From a virus (Duplodnaviria; Caudoviricetes), in the IMG/VR virus record IMGVR_UViG_3300023235_000989, positions 1-59,346 of that record: 59,346 nt of DNA. One strand, given 5' to 3'. The notes below the pieces were generated by a model that searched no databases, was not told where the DNA came from, and saw only the letters and a program-made list of their open reading frames with translations. The translations under genes and the position numbers were made by a program. Shown here piece after piece: positions 18,140-27,694 of the stretch. The stretch's first letter is position 1. Each line of letters begins with the position of its first letter.

Positions 18140-18165
18140 ATTATGTGTCCGTATCCGTTTTTCGT
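18140..18165 (-). promoter_or_regulatory. putative phage promoter, copy 3
   Basis: Minus strand ACGA AAAACGGATACG GACACATAAT. Confidence 0.75.
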
Positions 18166-18296
18166 GCGTCTTTTTTGACGTAGCCTGCCAGGGTTAAGAG
18201 GAAATTAATGTCATCCACGACATCCACCATACCCGGCGCATCCTCATCCTCATTATACCGTTTGTTGATCTCTTCTAATACATCCTGAATTATCAC
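18141..18296 (-). CDS. small hypothetical protein (51 aa)
   Basis: Manual translation MIIQDVLEEINKRYNEDEDAPGMVDVVDDINFLLTLAGYVKKDARKTDTDT; GTG start overlaps the upstream TGA; below the ORF-track cutoff. Confidence 0.5.
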   Translation of the reverse strand: MIIQDVLEEINKRYNEDEDAPGMVDVVDDINFLLTLAGYVKKDARKTDTDT

Positions 18297-19009
18297 ACAC
18301 TCCTGATCGATGAACTATCTAGTCTCCATAAAGCGCACAACTCTAACAGTCGATGAAATTTATGTCCTGCCATAATAGCCTTCTTCCAAGTTTCAAAGTC
18401 AGGGCTTTTTCCATCGGTCTTAACATCCGAGCGAGAGAAGCCACCGATAGTCTTAAGAACCTCGGGGCGATACATCATGGTGGTATGCCCTAAACAGTTC
18501 TGTCCCTTGTCAATTATGCAATGCTTAATCTGATCATGCGTGGTGACATCTACGTTAGGCTCATTAGGTTCTACGTAATTTAGCTCAAGCATTTCTGGCT
18601 TGGGATCTCCATAGAACCCGACCATTCTAGTCCCTAGGAAGTCAGTATCCGGATTGGCATCTAGAAACTCAGACTGTAGAAGCAGGCGATCAGGGTGGAT
18701 GATGTCATCTAAGTCATGATGAGCCATGAACTCAGTCTCAACCTTACTAGCCGCGAAGTCAATCACCTCACCAATTACCGGCGCGCTCTTGAATGAGTAA
18801 GAGGCCACCCTAAAGAACAAGTCATCACTCAGGCAGCTCAGATCCTTGTTGAATTGAGCCATGCTCTCTGGAGTATCCCATTCCCAGTTGTGGGCAACGA
18901 ACACAATGTCAAAGTCACGGAACGTTTGCTTCTGTAGCTGTTCAGCCCAGAATGGAATCCACTTCCTATGAGCCTCGTGACAATAGCTTACTACTGTTAG
19001 TTTAGTCAT
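18293..19009 (-). CDS. glycosyltransferase family 2
   Basis: QTFRDFDIV, HHDLDD (DxD), PDRL..Q..FL, GHTTMMYR and IGGF. Confidence 0.85.
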   Translation of the reverse strand: MTKLTVVSYCHEAHRKWIPFWAEQLQKQTFRDFDIVFVAHNWEWDTPESMAQFNKDLSCLSDDLFFRVASYSFKSAPVIGEVIDFAASKVETEFMAHHDLDDIIHPDRLLLQSEFLDANPDTDFLGTRMVGFYGDPKPEMLELNYVEPNEPNVDVTTHDQIKHCIIDKGQNCLGHTTMMYRPEVLKTIGGFSRSDVKTDGKSPDFETWKKAIMAGHKFHRLLELCALWRLDSSSIRSV

Positions 19010-19229
19010 CTAGAACCTCAAATTCATCGTAACCACAAAGCTCCTCGTCTTCATACTTTACACCAATAGGCTTATTAGCTTCGGAGCTAGGGTTCTCACA
19101 GGTTCTGATTCCTGAGAAGATCCCCATTTTAACATGCTGGCTACTGCAATCCTCAACTAGCTTACACTCTGTTCCTTTATCGAACCAAGTGCCGTCTGAA
19201 ATATATCTCACCATGTTATATGTCTCCAA
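19002..19229 (-). CDS. hypothetical protein
   Basis: Short ORF overlapping both neighbours; start may be ATG at 19214. Confidence 0.55.
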   Translation of the reverse strand: METYNMVRYISDGTWFDKGTECKLVEDCSSQHVKMGIFSGIRTCENPSSEANKPIGVKYEDEELCGYDEFEVLDD

Positions 19230-19951
19230 GTTCTACCAGTCTTAATATCACTAATGCTAGATTGAGATACATCGAATTGACGAGCAATAACAGATGTTTT
19301 CTCTCCGTCTAGGATTAAAGATTTGATTTTCTTTACTGTTTGTTTAGTAAGTTTACTGTTCGCATTTCGCTCTCCGCGATGAACCTCTCTTAGTCGTTCA
19401 CGACATTGATCGGATACTTTTCTTCCGATACCTGCTTGGCTGATCTTTCTCTTTGCAGATTCGGTATGGGTTTTTCCAGACATGGGGTGATTCTCAGAAA
19501 TTTCAAAACGCTGTTTGGCGGCTCTGCTCATCCTCTGTTTTGATTCTTCTGACACCACACGACCTTGAGCCTTTTGGCTTATGACTTGTTTAGTCTTATT
19601 GGAATGAGTCTTCCCCGCCATCCCCGGAGGTCGTCTTGCTTCTCGGCTAATATTGTAACCCACCCTGTCAAAGCGATCATCACGTCTAGATGCAAACAAT
19701 AACCCATTTAGGTAATGCTGCTCGCGGTCAATACATTGTTCGGGTTTACATTCCTCTAGTATCTCAAAAACAAACGCCTCGTGTCCGTATTTATTCCAAG
19801 CATTCTGTAACTTGAGTGAATGATGCTTATTCGTTTCAAGCAATCTTCGATGCGTATTCCATCTATGATTAAACCCTCTTTTGCCTGCGGCGCTCCCGAC
19901 GTATCTCTTGTTGCTAGCTAGATGTCGTATTTGATATACTCCTGTTTTCAT
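19208..19951 (-). mobile_element. free-standing GIY-YIG homing endonuclease (NUMOD3 repeats + C-terminal HTH), apparently intact
   Basis: MKTGVYQIRH...RYVGS...RW..H, LQNAWNKYG, FEILE, REQ, GYNI; GKTHS/GKTHT NUMOD3 repeats; AT-richer than its flanks. Confidence 0.9.
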
Positions 19952-19959
19952 GTAGTATT

Positions 19960-20967
19960 CTACACTAGCCAGAACTCCGAAGAGATGAATTCTTTTAATC
20001 TAGTTGTCCATAGGTGCTCCTCTCGTTTTAGATATGCACGATCAGCCATATCTTGCCGCAGTGCGTCATCATTAACGTAATTACGGATCGAATCTGCAAG
20101 ATCGATCATATCAACTTCTACAAACTCCTGTCCCGGAACGTAAAGCTCGTTGAAGTCTTGAGTCTCAAAGTGCTTTGTTGCCATCATGAATGCGCCACAT
20201 CCCATTAGTTCAAAGTCGCGCCCCTTGATCTGACCATGCTGTTCGCTTCTAGAGCACCAGCGGAGATTAAGGTTGACCTTACTCTGATTGAAGATAGAGT
20301 TCATTTCTCGATATGATGGTCTATGATGGTTGTCTGGATGCTCCGGCCAAAAGAACCCGAATACATCAACCTTGATTCCGGCACCTCTAAGCTGAGATAT
20401 CACACGCTCTCTAATTCCGTGTTTTTGTCCAATAAAAGTCACATCGTATTTCTTATCGCAGTCCTCTTTTGAGGAATACTCCGGGATGCCGAATGGCATA
20501 CAGTAAGATCGAACCCCCTCAAGTAACAACCTCGGCATCATATGCTGCGCGGGAGTAATCGTATGAGTATCGTAACCTTCGGTTACTCTCGACATTACAA
20601 AGCGATCACCAGCAGGATGATCGTAACGAAGGTGAAGATCAGGATGAAAGCTAACAATAGGTGTGCCTCCTTCGATGATTTGTCTAGCTTGCGGTAAATG
20701 AATCCCCAAGGCATGCGTCACTGGAATTTGAAAGACTAGATCAACATCTTTGGCGATATTGACTAACCTATCAAGCCCCTTTGGAGTTGACTGCTGGTCA
20801 ACCCAATGTGTCTGTAGCTCAATCAGTCCCTCATCTGCTAGTTTTTGCCATGATGGAAATACGCTAGCTTTTTCCCATGATTCATTTACTGCATTATTAT
20901 TCTCATCGAATTGCAATACTCCATTTTGACCAAACTCTGCATTGATAGAAACAAACAAGACCTTCAT
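19960..20967 (-). CDS. CgeB/YkvP-like glycosyltransferase (GT-B)
   Basis: YDVTFIG..HGIRE, FNQSKVNLN and KGRDFELMGCG. Confidence 0.8.
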   Translation of the reverse strand: MKVLFVSINAEFGQNGVLQFDENNNAVNESWEKASVFPSWQKLADEGLIELQTHWVDQQSTPKGLDRLVNIAKDVDLVFQIPVTHALGIHLPQARQIIEGGTPIVSFHPDLHLRYDHPAGDRFVMSRVTEGYDTHTITPAQHMMPRLLLEGVRSYCMPFGIPEYSSKEDCDKKYDVTFIGQKHGIRERVISQLRGAGIKVDVFGFFWPEHPDNHHRPSYREMNSIFNQSKVNLNLRWCSRSEQHGQIKGRDFELMGCGAFMMATKHFETQDFNELYVPGQEFVEVDMIDLADSIRNYVNDDALRQDMADRAYLKREEHLWTTRLKEFISSEFWLV

Positions 20968-21734
20968 TATTCTTCCTCGACTAACTTAAGATGGATCCGG
21001 TAAAACTTGCCGTCAATCCGAACGCGCATACCAGACTCAAGGTTTTTGAATGTTCTAGCCCTTAGGTCATCAAGCAACCAACCGATATGCTCATAGTCAT
21101 CTAGGTCTAGTATCTTGTCACGATCAAAGTCTTTAGCTAGGTGAAACGTAGCGTCCTCTTCATTCTGGTCCTTACCAGCAGGAAACCTTTGGGCGGCAAT
21201 TTCATTGATGTTAGCCATAAATAGATGAACCATGTTGGTGACCCCCGCATGGTATAAACCCCCTCCGGTTGACTCTGGAGGCACATCAATCTTTGATTGC
21301 CAAAGTATTCTACCGGTGTCAACACCGTTATCGATACGATGAATCGTTACTCCGAATGGTGTCCCATCCATGATAGACCAGTAGTATGGATACTTCCCAC
21401 GGTTGTAAGGCAGTAGTGAGGGATGGGTGTTGATGACGTTGATCACATGCTTTTGCAATAGCTTAAGGATATGTGGCCACCAAAGACACACGATGGTTGT
21501 CACCTCCCTGTCCTGAGCCAGTTCTAGTAGTCTTTTCTCGCTACGATATTGGAGAAGCGGGACTACACGGTTCTTGCACGTAGTCTTGATGGCGTTCCTG
21601 TTAGAAACATACTTGGTAGTATCATTGCCAATCTTGCAGACAAAACCTACTCTTTCAGGAAACCTATCGGTGAACACCTCGGCACAGTGTCGTGCCGCTG
21701 CCGTGTCACCACATAGAAATGCGATCTTACCCAT
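20967..21734 (-). CDS. sugar N-formyltransferase (N10-formyl-THF dependent)
   Basis: INTHPSLLPYNRGKYP, GVTIH, GVDTG; start moved to MGKIAF at 21734. Confidence 0.85.
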   Translation of the reverse strand: MGKIAFLCGDTAAARHCAEVFTDRFPERVGFVCKIGNDTTKYVSNRNAIKTTCKNRVVPLLQYRSEKRLLELAQDREVTTIVCLWWPHILKLLQKHVINVINTHPSLLPYNRGKYPYYWSIMDGTPFGVTIHRIDNGVDTGRILWQSKIDVPPESTGGGLYHAGVTNMVHLFMANINEIAAQRFPAGKDQNEEDATFHLAKDFDRDKILDLDDYEHIGWLLDDLRARTFKNLESGMRVRIDGKFYRIHLKLVEEE

Positions 21735-22413
21735 GCTTCTTACCGATAAATGCCATCTGTGGATGATGACGTTCGTAGATGATAGCGGGAGACTCTCGAT
21801 ACTCACAATATGACATCGTCTTCTCGATGTAACCCCACTCATCCTCTGGGATGACATCCACCTTCGTAATGGGAATACCAGCCTCGATCTGCTTGATGAT
21901 GTTCCTTGTTGGTGTGACCTTGGACTTATTGTATAGGTTACCATCCCACCAGTTCTCTCCAGTGATAATGTCCTCTATGATATACACGCCACCACCACTT
22001 AGCCAGTGAAACAATACACCCCACGCAACCTGCATGTCTTTCTGGTCGTGACTACCATCGTCGATGATGATGTCAAACTTATCATCTGCCGCAAAGAAAC
22101 TACCAAGCTTAATGGAATCGCCAGTGTCTACTAGATAAGTTGAGATGCGATCGTTATCCAACATCCCAGGTAGCTCATACTGACGCGTGATATCCAAGCC
22201 TGTCACACTAGCGTTAGGAAAATACTCAGCCCACATCCTAAGAGATGAGCCCTTGTTAGTTCCGATCTCCAAGATATTCAGAGGTGCGTCGCGCTTGAAC
22301 CCCTGACGTTTGAAATACTCTAGATACAACGCTAGGTATTCGTTTTGCCCTGCCTGCTTGTCCGTATCGAACTTGCGGGCAAGGGCTTCTAGATCAGTTA
22401 GGCTGTGTTCCAT
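21727..22413 (-). CDS. class I SAM-dependent (sugar O-)methyltransferase
   Basis: TDK, ILEIG..KGSSLRMW..YFP, DIIIDDGSH and GGVYIIED. Confidence 0.85.
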   Translation of the reverse strand: MEHSLTDLEALARKFDTDKQAGQNEYLALYLEYFKRQGFKRDAPLNILEIGTNKGSSLRMWAEYFPNASVTGLDITRQYELPGMLDNDRISTYLVDTGDSIKLGSFFAADDKFDIIIDDGSHDQKDMQVAWGVLFHWLSGGGVYIIEDIITGENWWDGNLYNKSKVTPTRNIIKQIEAGIPITKVDVIPEDEWGYIEKTMSYCEYRESPAIIYERHHPQMAFIGKKHG

Positions 22414-23566
22414 TAGTGATATCTATTGCGATCTTAAGCATATCTACTACTCGGTCAACGTCTTCATTTGTGACACCAAGGTGGATAGGCAGTGTTAGTA
22501 ATTCATCCGACAGCTTGTGAGCTACGGGGCAGGTATCCATACCATGTCGATACATGCGATAATGAGTGTTGTCGACGTAATGCACACCTGGATAGATATC
22601 CATGTTGTTTAGTTCTACCAAAACCCCGTCACGGTTTGGAATGCTGATTTGAAATAGGTGACCAGAATGTTCCACAAGCGACAATATCCCAGGCTCGTTA
22701 TGGATTTTGACCCCGTTGAGCTTTAGCTTCTCGCTATACCTACGTGCGATCTGGCGACGACGGAGGTTATCCTCATCTAAATACTTAAGTGCAACTAGAC
22801 CTAGTGACGCCATGATTGAGTTGCCGTGATACTTGAATCCCATCTCGGGCACATCATACTTCCACTTGTAGTCGCCCTGCATGCTGCTGCGAAGATAAGT
22901 ATCCTTGTCGATACCAAGCCAAGCTAATTTGCGCGCCTTGGCATCGAACTCAGCATCTTGAAAGCAGATCATTCCTCCGTCAGCAGTCGGTAGGTTCTTA
23001 ACCGCCTGAAAACTGAACACTGTCACATCAGCTTCGTGCCCCACGTGACGACCACCTATCTTGGTGCCAGCCATGTGTGCAGCATCAAGGATTAACTTTA
23101 GTCCCTTGCGCTTACATAGTGCTCTTATTTCATCTAGCTGTCCTGGACTCCCACCGACGCCGACATACATTACTGCTCGCGTTCGCGGCGTGATCTTAGC
23201 TTCGACCGAAACCGGATCCAAGCACAGAGTATTAGGGTTAATATCAGCGAATGAGGGGAAGAGCCGTTCATATAGAATGGCATGATTGGTTGACACAAAG
23301 GTTAGCGGTGTGGTAATGATTTCATCACCGTCTTGCCAGCCGTATGCGTCCTTAAGGATCTTGACAGCTAGATGTAGTCCTGCCGTGGCAGAGTTTAGGA
23401 AGTGAGCGTGTGGGAGATTTGTATACCTCTTCCACTCTTCTTCAAATTCAGTAGTCTTGAACCCTAGTCCCGTCCAGCCACATTCCAAACACTCGCGAAT
23501 AGCCTCAAGACATTCGTCTACTCTGTAAAAGGGCTTAAGCACCTGAATCTTATGCTTGTTATTCAT
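22394..23566 (-). CDS. DegT/DnrJ/EryC1/StrS sugar aminotransferase (Lys type)
   Basis: NSATAGLHLA, TFVST, DAAH, FSFQAVKNLPTADGG and GVHY. Confidence 0.92.
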   Translation of the reverse strand: MNNKHKIQVLKPFYRVDECLEAIRECLECGWTGLGFKTTEFEEEWKRYTNLPHAHFLNSATAGLHLAVKILKDAYGWQDGDEIITTPLTFVSTNHAILYERLFPSFADINPNTLCLDPVSVEAKITPRTRAVMYVGVGGSPGQLDEIRALCKRKGLKLILDAAHMAGTKIGGRHVGHEADVTVFSFQAVKNLPTADGGMICFQDAEFDAKARKLAWLGIDKDTYLRSSMQGDYKWKYDVPEMGFKYHGNSIMASLGLVALKYLDEDNLRRRQIARRYSEKLKLNGVKIHNEPGILSLVEHSGHLFQISIPNRDGVLVELNNMDIYPGVHYVDNTHYRMYRHGMDTCPVAHKLSDELLTLPIHLGVTNEDVDRVVDMLKIAIDITNGTQPN

Positions 23567-23751
23567 ACGTGAGTCCATGTTCTTCTATTTAGGATTGATG
23601 TAATCGTAGGAGAGGATACGTTATAGTTCTTTGCTAAACTTCTATGGGTGTGACCGCCACCATCATAAAGCTTGCGTATTGCGATAACGTCATCTTCTGT
23701 TAGTTCTGTTTTGTCTACTTTTAGCCAAAACCTTTGCCTAGGAGTAGCCAT
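23563..23751 (-). pseudogene. HNH homing endonuclease remnant (N-terminus fused in frame to C-terminal HTH; nuclease domain missing)
   Basis: RFWLKVDK, a typical phage HNH N-terminus, is joined directly to LTEDDVIAIR...LAKNYNVS..TI..I..RRTW.HV. Confidence 0.7.
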
Positions 23752-24454
23752 ACTTTTTACGCATCTCCACCTTATCTAGCTCAAGCTGTCGAGGCACATT
23801 GATTTGATTCGTTAGCTGATTTTTCCACATACGAATAACAACCGCTACGTCGGATAGGATCACTGGCTCTCCACCGCTCCTAAATAAATCAATCCACATC
23901 GAACAGTCCATTGCGTAAAAAACGTTCGGGTCACATCTTAGTTTTAACGACCTTTCAAAAATCACGACTGACGGACATCCAATAGAATTAACGCCCTCAA
24001 CCATACTCTTCTCACCTCTCCAGACTGGAGTATGTAGTCGATCTAGATATGTTTCATAGTCATCTGTATGCAAGCATGCCGCCGCGAGCCACTTCTTGCC
24101 TGACGATTGCAATAACGGAATAGCATCACGTAAAGCATTCTCGTGGTAAAAGAAATCATCCTGATTCAAAACCTGAATATACTCACCTGTTGCATGAGCG
24201 AGTGCATTATTAGTGTTATGAGCTGAGATACCACTGTCGTCTTTGAAGTCTAGATACCTGAGTTGAACCTTTGCATCTAGAAACTTAAGGATAGCGCGCT
24301 CTTTCTTCTCTGTGGCGTCCTGGTCACTGATGACTAGCTCAATGTTGGGATAGACCTGTTCCTTCACAGACATGATCAGTCGTGTCAAGATCCTTTCCTG
24401 CTCACCGTTCGCGTGATACGTGGGCACACATATAGAGACTAGTGGTTGACTCAT
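23738..24454 (-). CDS. glycosyltransferase family 2
   Basis: PLVSICVPTY, QVYPNIELVISD, NTNNAL..ATGEYI, QDD and IGCPS. Confidence 0.88.
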   Translation of the reverse strand: MSQPLVSICVPTYHANGEQERILTRLIMSVKEQVYPNIELVISDQDATEKKERAILKFLDAKVQLRYLDFKDDSGISAHNTNNALAHATGEYIQVLNQDDFFYHENALRDAIPLLQSSGKKWLAAACLHTDDYETYLDRLHTPVWRGEKSMVEGVNSIGCPSVVIFERSLKLRCDPNVFYAMDCSMWIDLFRSGGEPVILSDVAVVIRMWKNQLTNQINVPRQLELDKVEMRKKYGYS

Positions 24455-24755
24455 AGGTGACTCCATCTATATCCATACTTGATGTTTTTAATACAAGATA
24501 CAGACACGCCAAACGTAGTTGCTATATTCTTAACAGTCGTATTCTTAAGCATTAGCTTGATATGCAATACATCTTGTTCTATCAACTTAGATCTACCATT
24601 TCTAGAACCTAGATTGGGCTCTTTTGAATTGCTTTGTCTAAGTCGTTCAATCTCATTACTAACCAAAATATGTGACCAACTTTTACCAGACATAATCGCC
24701 TTAATTTGAGTTCGTGATAGGTTATATTTCTGACTTGATAGACGCCATTCTTCAT
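24451..24755 (-). pseudogene. internally deleted GIY-YIG homing endonuclease
   Basis: ATG at 24755 (ATGA overlap) reads MKNGVYQVRNI; a second frame continues QKYNLSRTQI...W, then GSRNGRSKL and a second HTH; the catalytic core is absent. Confidence 0.75.
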
Positions 24756-25648
24756 AGTAAATCATTTGTCTTGGCGAAGGCTATAATAGATTCTGCCCTA
24801 TTGCGGTAGGTGTGATGTTGATACATATATTGTTGAATACGTTCTCCATACCCTTCTAGGGTAGGTAGTTTTTCGCTCCACTCAAACATCCATTTTTGAA
24901 TATCATCTGCGCCATCAAACACAAAAATACACTCATGTAATTCTTGTGGCAAAAACTCTACGAAGTCTTCATATGAAGAACGATCCATTAGTAGTGTTGT
25001 GCCACAGCCAGTGCTTTCAAGTGGCCGTCCCGGCACAAGCCCCTTACATGCATCCTGATTAATGTGGACCATAGTGTAGAGTTGATTAGTTGCATTAATT
25101 AGTGCCTCGCCAAATACGCCCTGAACGCAGCGAACACTCTGTAATAACTGCTCTCTTTCTGGAGTCATACTACCAACGAAGCCAAGAATGTCTGTCTTAA
25201 GGATCTCTGGCTTACGTCTATGGATAGTAGGTGAGCACGCATAAGGCAGCAGTAGAGATGGCTTGCCGAACTTCTTAGCGAAGTCATCAACGAAGAATCG
25301 ATTACCTACTAGGTAACCATCGTAGGCGATCTTGCCAGCCCGTGCAAACGACACGTCCGGGTGATAGCTAACATCAAAGTCCCAGTAGAGTCGCGGCACA
25401 TCCTTAAGTCTATAGTAGTTGAATAGCGATTCATACCCCCACATACCGTCGTTCATTTCGGTGACTACTACTAGGTCGAAGTCTGCTCCTTGGACTCCTT
25501 TGACACCTAGAAAGTTATTAGGCTCTCCATAGAAACAACCGTAGAACACACACTCGTGCCCCGCTTGACGGAAACCCTCCGCAAGCTGCTGCCCCGTGCA
25601 GCGATCAGGCTGGGTGGGGATACATCTCCCCGTGACTAATACTTTCAT
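24752..25648 (-). CDS. CgeB-like glycosyltransferase (GT-B)
   Basis: LPYAC, ILGFVGS..PER, RPLESTGCGT and HHTYRNRA. Confidence 0.75.
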   Translation of the reverse strand: MKVLVTGRCIPTQPDRCTGQQLAEGFRQAGHECVFYGCFYGEPNNFLGVKGVQGADFDLVVVTEMNDGMWGYESLFNYYRLKDVPRLYWDFDVSYHPDVSFARAGKIAYDGYLVGNRFFVDDFAKKFGKPSLLLPYACSPTIHRRKPEILKTDILGFVGSMTPEREQLLQSVRCVQGVFGEALINATNQLYTMVHINQDACKGLVPGRPLESTGCGTTLLMDRSSYEDFVEFLPQELHECIFVFDGADDIQKWMFEWSEKLPTLEGYGERIQQYMYQHHTYRNRAESIIAFAKTNDLL

Positions 25649-25681
25649 GACACCCACCTACAGTTCCGTTCCTTGTCACAC

Positions 25682-26215
25682 TCAGACATGTTTCATCTCC
25701 GCGTTATTGATGGCGTGTTGAAGAATGCTATCGAAGTTCTTCTCTGTTTCGAGATCTCCGACATTGATTACTGGAATATTGTTTGCAGTTGCGATTTTGA
25801 TAGCCAGTCCAGTTCCCCCGGTTACCTCACCATATGGTGTCCAACATACAATTAGATCTGAAGGAGACTTTAGATTCTCACCCAGAATTTGATAGACGTT
25901 GCGCGACTTGATAAGCTTCACTCCATCACTGAGGTCTTTAGCATACTTCTCGTGCTTGTATACAATCTTGAGGACTTCATCCCTCAATTGCTGGGTCCTG
26001 GGGACACCTAGAACCTCCTTGTCTTTATTAAAGGTCGACCATGGCATGTAGACGATACAGCTACTTGTAGCGCCCTTCTCGAAGGCGTAGTCCGCACCAT
26101 CAGCATGACCAGAACGAACCCACCAACCGCGAGTGCGGGCTTCTCTACCAAGCTCTGTGAACAACTCACAGATATGATCTGGGGTTGCTCGTGCTCCAAT
26201 TCCAGTAATAATCAT
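25682..26215 (-). CDS. SLOG-superfamily (DprA/YpsA-like) protein
   Basis: TGIGARATP, RSGHADGAD..FE, SRNVYQILG, CWT, GGTG.AI..A and IPVIN. Confidence 0.85.
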   Translation of the reverse strand: MIITGIGARATPDHICELFTELGREARTRGWWVRSGHADGADYAFEKGATSSCIVYMPWSTFNKDKEVLGVPRTQQLRDEVLKIVYKHEKYAKDLSDGVKLIKSRNVYQILGENLKSPSDLIVCWTPYGEVTGGTGLAIKIATANNIPVINVGDLETEKNFDSILQHAINNAEMKHV

Positions 26216-27270
26216 GATGTGTGACGTGGGTGACTTTCCCTAAGGGTGTTGTTTGTGACTACCACAAACTCAGCGGCGTCGCGTAGTTCAGTAATATTGC
26301 GAGCACCGCTATAGCTAAGCCCGCTACGAATACCAGCCTCAAGATCGCGAAGAGTATCCCCAACAGGACCACGATAGGGAACACGAGTAGCAATACCTTC
26401 GACCCTGGGATACCGCCCTGGCCTTTTTTCTGTTTGAACTTCACGAGACGCCATTCCCCTAAACATTTTGTATGAAGTGCCATCCTCTATGATGCGACTA
26501 CCTGGGGTTTCTTCCGTCCCAGCCAATAGCGAACCTAGCATAACCGCATCAGCACCAGCGGCAAGAGCCTTTACGATGTCGCCAGAGTAACGGATACCAC
26601 CATCTGCAATGATCGAAGTGTAGTGTCCGTTGGCATCGCGATACCCATTCAATCTTAGCTCTTGCTCTACGTTAAGGATAGCGCTAAACTGAGGGTAGCC
26701 ATGACCACTTACTATTCGTGTTGTGCATACCGACCCAGGACCGATACCCACTTTGACGATAGTTGCGCCAGCCTCTACTAGTCGACATGCCGCCTTGCCA
26801 GTCGCTACATTACCAGCAATGATATCAACCGTGTCGCGTAGAACGGTATTCATATCACGAATAACCTCTATCACCCTTTGATGATCTCCATGAGCAACGT
26901 CAACGCATATGCCATCTAAGCCATACTCATCAGCCATAAAACGAACGTCTTTTGGTTTTGTATCCAAACCAACCGAGATGATTCTTGGCTCCACACCCCC
27001 AGAGCGCATGTCCTGTAGCCAGAAATATTGCCTCTCTAAATCCGCAAACCTATGTAAGACCCCCGCTCCACCGTTATTGGCCATTTCGATAGCCATAGAC
27101 GCTTCAGTTACCGTATCCATATTGGAAGACAAGATTGGCAGCTTTAGATAGAGTCCACGACCTAGCTTAACGCTAAGGTCTACGTCCTGTCTAGATACAA
27201 TCTTGGAATGCTGAGGCACCATCAAGACATCATCGAAGCTGTATGCTGGTCTATCGTTAATTCTTGTCAA
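26212..27270 (-). CDS. guaB: IMP dehydrogenase / GMP reductase family enzyme lacking CBS domains
   Basis: [49 protein letters not shown]; start moved to TTG at 27270 after GGAG. GuaB versus GuaC not resolved. Confidence 0.88.
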   Translation of the reverse strand: MTRINDRPAYSFDDVLMVPQHSKIVSRQDVDLSVKLGRGLYLKLPILSSNMDTVTEASMAIEMANNGGAGVLHRFADLERQYFWLQDMRSGGVEPRIISVGLDTKPKDVRFMADEYGLDGICVDVAHGDHQRVIEVIRDMNTVLRDTVDIIAGNVATGKAACRLVEAGATIVKVGIGPGSVCTTRIVSGHGYPQFSAILNVEQELRLNGYRDANGHYTSIIADGGIRYSGDIVKALAAGADAVMLGSLLAGTEETPGSRIIEDGTSYKMFRGMASREVQTEKRPGRYPRVEGIATRVPYRGPVGDTLRDLEAGIRSGLSYSGARNITELRDAAEFVVVTNNTLRESHPRHTS

Positions 27271-27694
27271 GGTCTTTCTCCCAAGGAAACTGCAACCACC
27301 GATCATCATCAATAGCGAATGCGTAAAAGTCCGCAGTGAACTTGGCACCAATACGATGATATAGCGTCGCAGTCCTTGCCATAGGGAACAACTGCTTGAG
27401 AACCCTGAAGGTATCTCCGCTGTCACAGATTTCGTCTACGATTACAAGCTTGTGCAGCTCACTAGGTAAGACGTGGTAGATATCAGGAACGAGCCTTACC
27501 CTAACACCTTGATCTTCTAGATGATGAGCAATCGTTACTGCTGGAACCATTCCGCCGCGTGGAATTCCATATAGGACAACGTCGTTACCGACCTTCTCTT
27601 GGATCCACTTAGAGATATAGACAGAGCCAAGCTTAACTGACTCCCATGCTACGATATCAATCGGCTGGTCTTTCTTGATTACGTTACTTGGCAT
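27257..27694 (-). CDS. type I phosphoribosyltransferase (purine/Gpt-like)
   Basis: GIPRGG, PRPP loop VIVDEICDSGDT, and WLQFPWE. Confidence 0.88.
   Translation of the reverse strand: MPSNVIKKDQPIDIVAWESVKLGSVYISKWIQEKVGNDVVLYGIPRGGMVPAVTIAHHLEDQGVRVRLVPDIYHVLPSELHKLVIVDEICDSGDTFRVLKQLFPMARTATLYHRIGAKFTADFYAFAIDDDRWLQFPWEKDLDKN

Noticed and set aside
19208-19951. Group I intron housing the GIY-YIG endonuclease
   Set aside because: The flanking genes are complete and abut the ORF, leaving no room for an intron core; the gene is free-standing.
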